Origin: an uncultured Candidatus Saccharibacteria bacterium
GTDB taxonomy: Bacteria; Patescibacteriota; Minisyncoccia; Phycocordibacterales; VMEP01
DNA length: 33,986 nucleotides
NCBI GenBank assembly: GCA_964364185.1
Contig: CAYIKU010000001.1
Span: 19,258 to 53,243, forward strand
Direction: 5' to 3'
Every line of letters starts with the position of its first letter. Position 1 is the first letter of the stretch. The translations under genes and the position numbers were made by a program. Of this stretch, positions 22,749-30,911 are shown piece after piece. The notes under the pieces were generated by a model, which saw only the letters and a program-made list of their open reading frames with translations, made no database searches and was not told where the DNA came from.

Positions 22749-22939
22749 TCTATTGGAAGTTCTTATTTATTATATTAGTAAGCATATATATTTGAGCAAA
22801 GCACCTTCGGCTTTATTTTTCATAATATCAATATTTGTAGTCAACTTCTAACGGGGCAAGTAGTAGCACGATTGTAACATAAAGAAAAATCTGAAATATT
22901 GGCGGTTTTTGAACAAGCTGTGAGGAAGATGGGGACAGA

Positions 22940-22970
22940 AGTCTACGGCAAGTCTTTCTTGCCGTAGACT
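22940..22970 (-). terminator. 13-bp hairpin downstream of cysS
   Basis: AGTCTACGGCAAG (22940-22952) / CTTGCCGTAGACT (22958-22970). No T-tract, so terminator function is uncertain. Confidence 0.35.
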
Positions 22971-22988
22971 TTGAGGTTAGTGTGGAGC

Positions 22989-24329
22989 TTACTTCTTTTT
23001 TATTTTTGCTCCTTTCTCACTATCTTCCAATATATAGCCTAGAACCTCTATTTTTTGCCTAATTTTATCCGCTCTTGCCCAATTTTTATCAATTCTTGCC
23101 CGTTCTCGTTCTTCGGATAATTTTTTAATTTCTTCGGGAATTATCGCTCTGTTTACTTTTTCAAGACCAATACCTAAAACTTTATCAAAATCAAGGATTG
23201 TAGCGCGCTTATCTTCGTCTAAAATGTTACTGTCCAGCGCTTTCCATACTAAAGAAAGCGCGCGGGGCGTATTTAAATCTTCTTCCAAGCAATTAATAAA
23301 TTTTTCTTTTAGTTGTTTGTTTACCGCGCCATTCTTATCGCCAAGATCCATAAATCGTGCGTATAGTTTTTCAAGAGCGTTTTGTGAACCCTCTAGAGCT
23401 TCCAAATTAAAATTTGCTGGTTTTCTGTAATGTATTTCCAAAAGAAAATAGCGATAGGCGAGGGGAGAGAATCCTTTTTCAATAATTTTATCCAAGGTAA
23501 TTATGTTGCCGACGGACTTGGCCATTTTTTCATTATCCATATTTATGAACCCGGAATGCATCCAGTAGCGCACAAATTTTTTTCCCGTTACTCCTTCGGA
23601 CTGCGCAATTTCGTTCGTGTGGTGAGGAAAGATGAGGTCCAATCCGCCAGTATGAATATCTATCGTCTCGCCTAAATTTTTCATGGACATGGCGCTACAT
23701 TCTATGTGCCAACCCGGACGCCCCTTGCCGAAAGGCGTTTCCCAAACCGCGCTCCCGTCTTCTTCTCTGTAAAATTTCCAGAGCGCAAAATCATTCGCGC
23801 TTTCTTTGCCGTAAGAATCGTTATTAACACGCGATTTAGTGTCGGTTCTTTTTTCAAGACGGGCGAGTGTTCCATACCCGGCTGATTTAGCGATATCAAA
23901 ATAAATGCCGTTGTTTGATTTATAAGCAAGTCCTTTTTCAAGAAGTTTTTCTATCAATAAAATCATTTCAGATATGTATTCGGTGGCGCGGGGAATTACA
24001 TTCGGACGAAGAATATTCATTCTTTCTGTGTCGCGGAAAAATAACTCTTCGTATTTTTTTGTAAATTCCAGAAGAGTCGTGTGTTCAATTTGACTTCCCT
24101 TGATAGTTTTATCGTCTACATCGGTAATATTTACTACTTGATTAACTTCATAGTCCAAATAGGAAAGCGTGCGTCTTAATGTGTCGGAGAAAGTTTGGGC
24201 CCGAAGATTACCTATGTGCGCATGGCTGTAAACTGTAGGGCCACAGCTATAGAGTGTTACAAGGCGATCTTTTTGGGGTATAAAGAGTTCTTCTTTTTGA
24301 GAGAGAGTATTATAGATTTTTAGAGCCAT
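22989..24329 (-). CDS. cysS: Cysteine--tRNA ligase
   Basis: 446 aa. HIGN (HAHIGNLR) and KMSKS-type (KMAKSVGN) class I signatures, plus WHIECSAM. Confidence 0.95.
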   Translation of the reverse strand: MALKIYNTLSQKEELFIPQKDRLVTLYSCGPTVYSHAHIGNLRAQTFSDTLRRTLSYLDYEVNQVVNITDVDDKTIKGSQIEHTTLLEFTKKYEELFFRDTERMNILRPNVIPRATEYISEMILLIEKLLEKGLAYKSNNGIYFDIAKSAGYGTLARLEKRTDTKSRVNNDSYGKESANDFALWKFYREEDGSAVWETPFGKGRPGWHIECSAMSMKNLGETIDIHTGGLDLIFPHHTNEIAQSEGVTGKKFVRYWMHSGFINMDNEKMAKSVGNIITLDKIIEKGFSPLAYRYFLLEIHYRKPANFNLEALEGSQNALEKLYARFMDLGDKNGAVNKQLKEKFINCLEEDLNTPRALSLVWKALDSNILDEDKRATILDFDKVLGIGLEKVNRAIIPEEIKKLSEERERARIDKNWARADKIRQKIEVLGYILEDSEKGAKIKKK

Positions 24330-25234
24330 TTCTTGTATTTAAAACAAGTGAATACTACAATACCCACGACGGAGATGATTGCAATAATTTTCCATAAGCC
24401 GTCAGGTGTATTAACGAATGGCAAATACGCGGAACTGATGCCAAAGATTTGCACAATAAACGACATCGGCAAAACGATAAATGCCATGACGGTGAGAACT
24501 TTCATGGTTTCGTTTGTTTTGGTAGAGAGGAGAGAATCATTAGTTTCTCGTAAATCAACGAGTATTTCTTTTTGGTTTTCAAGGAGATTGAACACTTTAT
24601 AATATTCGCCGATAAGCGCCCGTAGATAGTAATGAAACTTATCCTTAAAAAAGTTTTTCCCTGCAACTTCAAATGATTCAAGCACATCTTTGTGAAAGCG
24701 GATTGATTCCCTGAAATCAAGAAGTAGTTTATTGGTATTGGAAATTTCTTTTACCATTTCGCCCTCTTTGCCCTTGAATATTTTTTCTTCTATATCTTTC
24801 AAGCGCCCTGTGATGTCTCCAAGCTCGTTGCTCAAATTTTTATACATTTCCCGCATAATGTAGAAAAATAGATATCCCGCGTGTTCCATAGCATTTGATT
24901 TGTCGAGAATTGAATTAACCTCGAAAACTTTCGAGAATTCCCGAAGCGAATCCACGGTGTCGTAGTGCACGGTAATGAGAAATTCTTTTCCAATAATAAA
25001 ATCAATTTCCTGCTCTGTTTTGCCGTTATGGCTGTGGTTTATGGTGGGAAAGTGGAGAATTAAATATATAAAATTACTGTAAAGATCGACTTTCGGTCTT
25101 ACGGTGGGAGAGAGGAGCTCTTGGACAACAAGCGGATGTATTTTATATTCTTTTATTAAAGTATCTACTTCTTTATTGGTCGGACTTTCAAGATCAACCC
25201 AGGTAAGCTTTTTGTGTTTGTATGTGGTAAGCAT
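24320..25234 (-). CDS. corA: CorA-family divalent cation channel homologue with a non-canonical pore motif
   Basis: 304 aa. Typical CorA layout with two C-terminal TM helices, but the YGMNF position reads FGISS. Overlaps the cysS start by 10 nt. Confidence 0.7.
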   Translation of the reverse strand: MLTTYKHKKLTWVDLESPTNKEVDTLIKEYKIHPLVVQELLSPTVRPKVDLYSNFIYLILHFPTINHSHNGKTEQEIDFIIGKEFLITVHYDTVDSLREFSKVFEVNSILDKSNAMEHAGYLFFYIMREMYKNLSNELGDITGRLKDIEEKIFKGKEGEMVKEISNTNKLLLDFRESIRFHKDVLESFEVAGKNFFKDKFHYYLRALIGEYYKVFNLLENQKEILVDLRETNDSLLSTKTNETMKVLTVMAFIVLPMSFIVQIFGISSAYLPFVNTPDGLWKIIAIISVVGIVVFTCFKYKKWL

Positions 25235-25264
25235 GGGGTAAATTATTAGTTTTTAGTTATTATC

Positions 25265-25285
25265 CTATAGTCTATAGTCTATAGA
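25265..25285. repeat. Tandem heptamer CTATAGT x3 in the corA/peptidase divergent intergenic region
   Basis: CTATAGTCTATAGTCTATAGA read directly. Confidence 0.7.
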
Positions 25286-25348
25286 AAAACTAACTTGAGG
25301 GCAAACTAGTTTAATAACCAATAGCCAACAAGGGGGATTACGAAAAAA

Positions 25349-25377
25349 TTGACCGCAGCGCAAAATTTTGCGATAAT
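25349..25377 (+). promoter_or_regulatory. Promoter TTGACC-17 nt-GATAAT that would give a leaderless S41 peptidase mRNA; 14-nt palindrome in the spacer
   Basis: TTGACC at 25349-25354, GATAAT at 25372-25377, ATG at 25384 (7 nt after the -10). The palindrome CGCAAAATTTTGCG at 25359-25372 spans the spacer and the first base of the -10. Confidence 0.45.
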
Positions 25378-25383
25378 TCTCTG

Positions 25384-26619
25384 ATGTTTATGCGGTATTT
25401 CAAAAAGTTCGCCATACCTGTCGCTCTTTCAATTCTTATAATTGCCGTTTCTTTCGGCGCCGGCGTATTGGTGGGCAAACGATACTATTCATCGGAAATT
25501 GAAAAAGTTATAACGATTTTCAATAAAGAATCGGCTACTGTAGCTGTGACTTCGGGAACTGATTTTGGGCCGTTTTGGAAAACTTGGAATACTTTGAGTG
25601 AGAAATATGTTTCTTTTAAATCAACTACTACTGACCAAGAAAGGGTCTGGGGAGCTATTTCAGGACTGGCAGAATCATTTGGCGACCCCTATACCGTTTT
25701 TTTCCCGCCAGTTGAATCAAAAAATTTTGAAGCAAGTATAAACGGAGAATTTCAGGGAGTTGGAATGGAGATAGGCATCCGCGATCGGGTGATTACGGTT
25801 ATCTCTCCGCTCAAAGGCACGCCCGCTTTCAATGCCGGCATAAAAGCGGGAGATAAAATTTTGAAAATTGACGGCGCGCCTACTATGGAAATGACTGTGG
25901 AAAAAGCCGTATCTCTTATTCGCGGAACCAAAGGAACAACAGTTGCAATAACGATATTTCGTGAAGGAGAAAAAGAGCCCTTAGAATTTAAAATTGTCCG
26001 CGATATTATAAATATTCCGACAATTGATACCGAAAAGCGCCCTGACGGGATTTTTGTCATAAAACTCTATAGTTTTTCGGCCAACTCGCCCCAACTTTTC
26101 AGGAATGCTCTGGAGGTGTTCGTCAACTCGCAAGGTGATAAATTAATTCTCGATCTCCGCAATAATCCTGGCGGATACTTGGAAGCGGCGGTGGATATGG
26201 CAAGCTGGTTTTTGCCTTCGGGAAAAATCGTAGTGAAAGAAGAAAGCAAAAATGAGAGCAATAAACAGATTTTTAGAAGCAAGGGGTATAACATTTTTAG
26301 CGATAAATTAAAATTTGTTATTTTGGTTAACGGCGGGTCGGCTTCAGCCTCGGAAATTTTGGCTGGCGCGCTTAGCGAGCATGGCGTAGCCAAATTAGTG
26401 GGGGAGAAGACATTCGGCAAGGGGTCGGTGCAGGAGCTGGTGAAAATTACGCCCGAGACATCGCTTAAGGTGACAATCGCCCGCTGGCTTACGCCCAACG
26501 GCGTTTCTATCTCCGAAGGTGGTTTAAAACCGGATATTGAAGTTGTTCCTACAAAAGATGATATTACCAAAGGGAAAGACAAGCAGATGGAAAAGGCAAT
26601 AGAAATATTGAACAAGTAA
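25384..26619 (+). CDS. S41 family C-terminal processing peptidase (PDZ domain)
   Basis: 411 aa. N-terminal TM, PDZ region (GVGMEIG...GTPAFNAGIKAGDKILKIDG), LDLRNNPGGYL, catalytic Ser region NGGSASASEILAGAL, FGKGSVQ. Confidence 0.88.
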   Translation: MFMRYFKKFAIPVALSILIIAVSFGAGVLVGKRYYSSEIEKVITIFNKESATVAVTSGTDFGPFWKTWNTLSEKYVSFKSTTTDQERVWGAISGLAESFGDPYTVFFPPVESKNFEASINGEFQGVGMEIGIRDRVITVISPLKGTPAFNAGIKAGDKILKIDGAPTMEMTVEKAVSLIRGTKGTTVAITIFREGEKEPLEFKIVRDIINIPTIDTEKRPDGIFVIKLYSFSANSPQLFRNALEVFVNSQGDKLILDLRNNPGGYLEAAVDMASWFLPSGKIVVKEESKNESNKQIFRSKGYNIFSDKLKFVILVNGGSASASEILAGALSEHGVAKLVGEKTFGKGSVQELVKITPETSLKVTIARWLTPNGVSISEGGLKPDIEVVPTKDDITKGKDKQMEKAIEILNK

Positions 26620-26634
26620 CAGATAATAAAGTGT

Positions 26635-26672
26635 ATGTCATTCTCTCATTCGTGAGAATGAGAGAATGACAT
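26635..26672 (+). terminator. 17-bp perfect hairpin after the peptidase gene
   Basis: ATGTCATTCTCTCATTC (26635-26651), GTGA loop, GAATGAGAGAATGACAT (26656-26672). No T-tract. Confidence 0.45.
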
Positions 26673-26737
26673 AGAATTGAGCCGAGATTGAAATAAAAAG
26701 AATTTATTATAAAAAACCTAAGTGAATTTTTAATGAC

Positions 26738-27181
26738 ATGAAAATAATTTTACTTAAAGACGTTGCGGGGCTTGGCAAACGTTACGAAGTGAAAGAAGTG
26801 GCTTCAGGCTATGCCAGGAATTTTATTTTGCCGAAAGGACTAGCAGAGCCGGCAACCGAAAAAGCCTTGGCCCGAGTTAAAGATTTAACCGTTATGGCAG
26901 AAGTAGAAATAAAAATTCAAGAAGAACTACTTAGAAAAAATGTTAAGAGTTTAGACGGACAAAAAATTTCTATAACGGAAAAGGCAAACGATAAAGGACA
27001 TTTATTTGCTGGTATTCACAAAGAAGAACTTCAAAAACTCTTGAAAGAAAATCTTCACGCTGAAGTGCCTATTGATTTTATAAAATTAGAAAAACCAATT
27101 AAAGAAACGGGAGAATTTGAGATAGAAATAAATAACGGAGAAATGAAAGCGGTAATTACTCTCGTAGTCGAAAAAGAATAA
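26738..27181 (+). CDS. rplI: 50S ribosomal protein L9
   Basis: 147 aa. [36 protein letters not shown] is typical of L9. Confidence 0.92.
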   Translation: MKIILLKDVAGLGKRYEVKEVASGYARNFILPKGLAEPATEKALARVKDLTVMAEVEIKIQEELLRKNVKSLDGQKISITEKANDKGHLFAGIHKEELQKLLKENLHAEVPIDFIKLEKPIKETGEFEIEINNGEMKAVITLVVEKE

Positions 27182-27195
27182 CAAGGGTGTACATA

Positions 27196-27224
27196 AAAAT
27201 CCTCGCTTATTGCGGGGGTTTTTA
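27196..27224. terminator. Bidirectional terminator between convergent rplI and rpmA
   Basis: AAAAAT-CCTCGC-TTATT-GCGGGG-GTTTTT, with one G-U pair in the stem. Confidence 0.6.
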
Positions 27225-27225
27225 A

Positions 27226-27498
27226 TTAAATTACATTAGCTATTTTTTTTATGACAGACTTTCCGTTAAATCCAATTTTTCTTCGAGAAGTAAATTTTAC
27301 TTTTCCCTCTTGAATCGCAAAAAGTGTGTGATCTTTGCCAACCCCTACATTTTTACCGGCAATAATTTTGGTGCCACGTTGGCGAACGATAATAGAGCCG
27401 GATTTTGCCATCTCACCGTCGTAAAGCTTTGTGCCCAGATACTTTGGATTTGAATCAGTGAGGTTTTTTGCCGACCCCGCGGCTTTGCGTGTTGCCAT
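27226..27498 (-). CDS. rpmA: 50S ribosomal protein L27
   Basis: 90 aa. KKAAGS-type N-terminus (RKAAGSAKN), [32 protein letters not shown]. Confidence 0.92.
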   Translation of the reverse strand: MATRKAAGSAKNLTDSNPKYLGTKLYDGEMAKSGSIIVRQRGTKIIAGKNVGVGKDHTLFAIQEGKVKFTSRRKIGFNGKSVIKKIANVI

Positions 27499-27616
27499 AT
27501 GGATAGTTTATAGCTTGCCCACCAAAATTTTGCCAAGCAAAACTTAGGCGGGTAAGTTAGTTTTTAGTCTATAGTTTTTAGTTTTTAGTTGCGATACAAT
27601 AACTAAAACAACAAAG

Positions 27617-27991
27617 GTGATTCTAAACCATATCAAAGAAAAAATCAAGGATTTAGTATTAAAGGTTGAAGAACCTCCGGTATATCTTGCTATTCTTATT
27701 ATTCTTGTCGCTTTTATTTCTTTCGGACTAGGCCGTCTTTCCCTTATAGAAGAAAGAAGACAGGGGGTAAAAATAAATATGCCGGCACAAACACAAGGAA
27801 CTGCCTCGGTTGGAGCGGTGCTAGATCAAAACCAAAATACCGTGGTAGCTTCAAAAAACGGCACTAAGTATTATTTTTCTTGGTGTTCCGGTATCTCGCG
27901 CATAAGCGCGCAAAATAAAGTGGTTTTCTCTTCATCCAAAGAAGCCGAGCAAGCGGGGTATTCGATAGCAGCAAATTGCACCGCGCCGTAA
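27617..27991 (+). CDS. Membrane-anchored hypothetical protein with a C-terminal Cys-containing small domain
   Basis: 124 aa, GTG start. One TM (VYLAILIILVAFISFGL). The C-terminal KYYFSWCSG...FSSSKEAEQAGYSIAANC resembles the small Cys-bearing domain common in secreted CPR/Firmicute proteins. Confidence 0.55.
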   Translation: MILNHIKEKIKDLVLKVEEPPVYLAILIILVAFISFGLGRLSLIEERRQGVKINMPAQTQGTASVGAVLDQNQNTVVASKNGTKYYFSWCSGISRISAQNKVVFSSSKEAEQAGYSIAANCTAP

Positions 27992-27999
27992 TCTTCGCC

Positions 28000-28096
28000 G
28001 AATATAGGCCACTACTGCGGCAGAGCCTTAGGGTAATGACCGAACTCGCTTTGCTCGTTCAATCGCACGGCAAAGCCGCGCGGTATTAGACCTATA
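28000..28096. repeat. Copies B1 (28000-28041) and B2 (28064-28096) of the hairpin-containing intergenic repeat
   Basis: B1 is ATATAGGCC-ACTACTG-CGGCAGAGCC-TTAG-GGTAAT-GACC. B2 is GCA-CGGCAAAGCC-GCGC-GGTATTAGACCTATA. Compare with 19656-19701. Confidence 0.5.
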
Positions 28097-28324
28097 TTTT
28101 GACTTCAACTCGGACGCCGTGAACGAGATTACTCGTTCACGCGCTCCTTACAGGAGCAGTACACCTTTCGTATTTCTTCGGATGAGTACATCCTCATAAA
28201 TTACTCAAGGTCTTCGATGCTCCCAGAAGTCGCATCGAACCTCGCTCGTCAAAATAAATAATTGGAATCTAGAACAGACAATCTAATGCTATAATATTGA
28301 AACAAATAGCAATTCTTTAAAATT

Positions 28325-29857
28325 ATGTGGAAAATAAAAAATTTCATTAAATCCGTAAAATCTTTCGCTGTTCGACGTCCGTGGATAACGATAATTTTAA
28401 TTATTATTTTGATAGGCGGAGGTTTTTGGTTTTATAAAAGCAAAACCGCCGTTCCAGAAATAAATTTTGCGGAAGTCAAAAGGGGAACAATTTCACAAAT
28501 TATTTCCGTAACGGGACGGGTAAAACCTGCCGAGGATGTAGAGCTTTCTTTTGAAAAAAGCGGGCGAATATCAGCGGTTTATCGAAATGTGGGAGAAAAT
28601 GTTGAAGCTGGACAATTTTTAGTTTCTATCGATAGCGGAGATATTTCAGCACAACTTTCTCAAGCCAAAGCAACTGTTAGGGCGGAACAGGCAAAATTAG
28701 ACGAACTTAAGGCCGGCACGCGCCCGGAAGACATAAACATTTCGGAGATCGCCGTTCAGAACGCCGTTAGTGATTTGGTAAATGGAATAAAAAACGGCTA
28801 TGTGAACGCTGACGACGCAATTCACAATAAGGTTGATCAATTTTTCTCAAACCCAAAAAGTTCAAGCCCGAAATTTAATTTTACGGTAAATGATTCCCAG
28901 CTTAGTATTTATATTGATACAAATAGGTTATTAATGGAATCAGTCCTTAATTCATGGAACATTTCCGTTTCTCAACTATCTATTTCACAAAATATTATTC
29001 CATATATAAACGAAGCAAAATCTTCTCTTAATTCCGTCCAAATTTTCTTGGATAAAATCGCCATAGCAATAAATTCTCTTACGACAAATTCAAATATTTC
29101 GCAAACAACCATAGACGGCTATAAGGCGGCTGTGGTTTCTGCTCGCACAAATGTAAATACTGCTTTAGATAATGTAACCGCATCGGAAGAAAAATATAAT
29201 AATGCCTTATCGGCGCTTTCTTTAAAAAAAGCAGGCACTGCAAAAGAACAGATAGATGCACAAGCAGCAAAGGTTGAAGGAGCGGAAGCGAATGTGGCAA
29301 ACTTAGAAGCTCAACTCAGGAAAACCGTTCTTTATTCTCCAATCTCCGGTATGGTAACAAAACAAGACGCTAAGGTAGGAGAAATAGCTCCGACTGGAAT
29401 TATTTTATTTGCGGTAATTTCTAATGCCAAATATGAAATAGAAGCGGATATTCCAGAAGCAGACATTTCAAAAATAAAAATGGGGGATAAGGCAGAAGTA
29501 ACGCTTGACGCTTACGGGAATGACGCGATTTTTTACGCTACGGTATCTAAAATAAATCCGACAGAAACTATAATTGACGGTGTGGCTACATATAAAACGA
29601 CTCTTCAATTTAATAAAAATGATGCGCGTGTTAAACCGGGGATGACTGCAAACACGGATATTTACGGACAAAAAAAAGAAAATGTTTTATTTATTCCCGG
29701 ACGCACTATTTCCACTAAAGAAAGAATAAAAACGGTTAATTTAATAGAAAATGGTAATACCAGAGAAGTCATTGTTACTACCGGGCTTCGAGGTTCAAAT
29801 GGAGATATTGAAATACTTTCGGGACTTAAAAGGGGGGATAAAGTGAAAATGAATTAA
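28325..29857 (+). CDS. HlyD/MacA-type periplasmic adaptor (membrane fusion) protein
   Basis: 510 aa. N-terminal TM, lipoyl-like and beta-barrel segments flanking a long coiled-coil insert (AQLSQAKATVRAEQAKLDELKAGTRPEDI ... AKVEGAEANVANLEAQL), YSPISGMV. Confidence 0.75.
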   Translation: MWKIKNFIKSVKSFAVRRPWITIILIIILIGGGFWFYKSKTAVPEINFAEVKRGTISQIISVTGRVKPAEDVELSFEKSGRISAVYRNVGENVEAGQFLVSIDSGDISAQLSQAKATVRAEQAKLDELKAGTRPEDINISEIAVQNAVSDLVNGIKNGYVNADDAIHNKVDQFFSNPKSSSPKFNFTVNDSQLSIYIDTNRLLMESVLNSWNISVSQLSISQNIIPYINEAKSSLNSVQIFLDKIAIAINSLTTNSNISQTTIDGYKAAVVSARTNVNTALDNVTASEEKYNNALSALSLKKAGTAKEQIDAQAAKVEGAEANVANLEAQLRKTVLYSPISGMVTKQDAKVGEIAPTGIILFAVISNAKYEIEADIPEADISKIKMGDKAEVTLDAYGNDAIFYATVSKINPTETIIDGVATYKTTLQFNKNDARVKPGMTANTDIYGQKKENVLFIPGRTISTKERIKTVNLIENGNTREVIVTTGLRGSNGDIEILSGLKRGDKVKMN

Positions 29858-29906
29858 AAACAAAAAATAATATTTTACTATTAATGGTCTCTGTTATTGT
29901 TTATTT

Positions 29907-30911
29907 ATGAATATTAAACAAAAAATATTAATTACCGGGGGTGCTGGATTTATCGGTAGTCATTTTATTCGATATTTATTGAATCGTTATCCATTTGTCA
30001 AAATAATAAATGTAGATATTTTAAATTACGCTGGAAATTTAAAAAACCTTGAAGATATAGAAAAAAATTCTCGCTATAAATTTTATAAAGCGGATATTGG
30101 AGACTATAAAACAATGGTGAAAATTCTAAAAAAAGAAAAAATAGAAACTATTGTCAATTTTGCCGCCGAATCAGACAACAATAAAGCAGTCAATTCCCCG
30201 ATTGACTTTGCAAAAACTAATGCCCTAGGAACAGCGGTTTTGCTTGAAGCTGCTAGGGTAAGCGGAATAAAAAGATTTCATCATATTTCTACATGTGAAG
30301 TTTTTGGACAACTAGCACTAAATAGCAAATCTTCATTCAAGGAACAGTCTCCTTTTAAACCCCGCACTCCATATAATGCCTCCAAGGCTTCCGCCGATCA
30401 CTTTGTAAGAAGTTATTATCACACTTTTGGGTTACCTATTACTATTAGCCACTGTTCCAATAATTATGGCTCACATCAGTTTCCAGAAAAAGTTATTCCC
30501 GTTTTTACTATTAAGGCCTTATTGAGAGAATCTCTTCCGGTTTTTAAATCAAGTAAAAATAAGAGGGAATGGCTACACGTAACAGACCATTGTGAAGCTA
30601 TAGATTTAATATTACAAAAAGGAAAAATTGGTGAAAGCTACAATATTGGTAGTGGATTAGAAAAAAGTATTGATGAGCTAGCTAATGACATTTTAAAAAT
30701 AACAGGCAATTCTTCCACTCTAAAGAGAATTATCCCTGATAGACTTGGACATGATTCTAGATATCTACTAAATTCTAAAAAAATTAGAAAATTAGGATGG
30801 AAACCAAAAATTTCTTGGGACGATGGATTAATAAAAACAATAGAATGGTATAAAAATAACAGTAATTGGTGGAAACCACTTTTAAAAAAATCTCATGCAA
30901 GAAAATATTAA
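29907..30911 (+). CDS. rfbB: dTDP(/UDP)-glucose 4,6-dehydratase
   Basis: 334 aa. TGGAGFIGSHF Rossmann motif, catalytic STCEVFG and YNASKASADH (YxxxK), CSNNYG. Confidence 0.85.
   Translation: MNIKQKILITGGAGFIGSHFIRYLLNRYPFVKIINVDILNYAGNLKNLEDIEKNSRYKFYKADIGDYKTMVKILKKEKIETIVNFAAESDNNKAVNSPIDFAKTNALGTAVLLEAARVSGIKRFHHISTCEVFGQLALNSKSSFKEQSPFKPRTPYNASKASADHFVRSYYHTFGLPITISHCSNNYGSHQFPEKVIPVFTIKALLRESLPVFKSSKNKREWLHVTDHCEAIDLILQKGKIGESYNIGSGLEKSIDELANDILKITGNSSTLKRIIPDRLGHDSRYLLNSKKIRKLGWKPKISWDDGLIKTIEWYKNNSNWWKPLLKKSHARKY

Noticed and set aside
25265-25285. Possible CRISPR array or other long tandem repeats
   Set aside because: There is only a 3-unit heptamer repeat here. No array of 24-40-nt repeats with unique spacers exists anywhere in the window.
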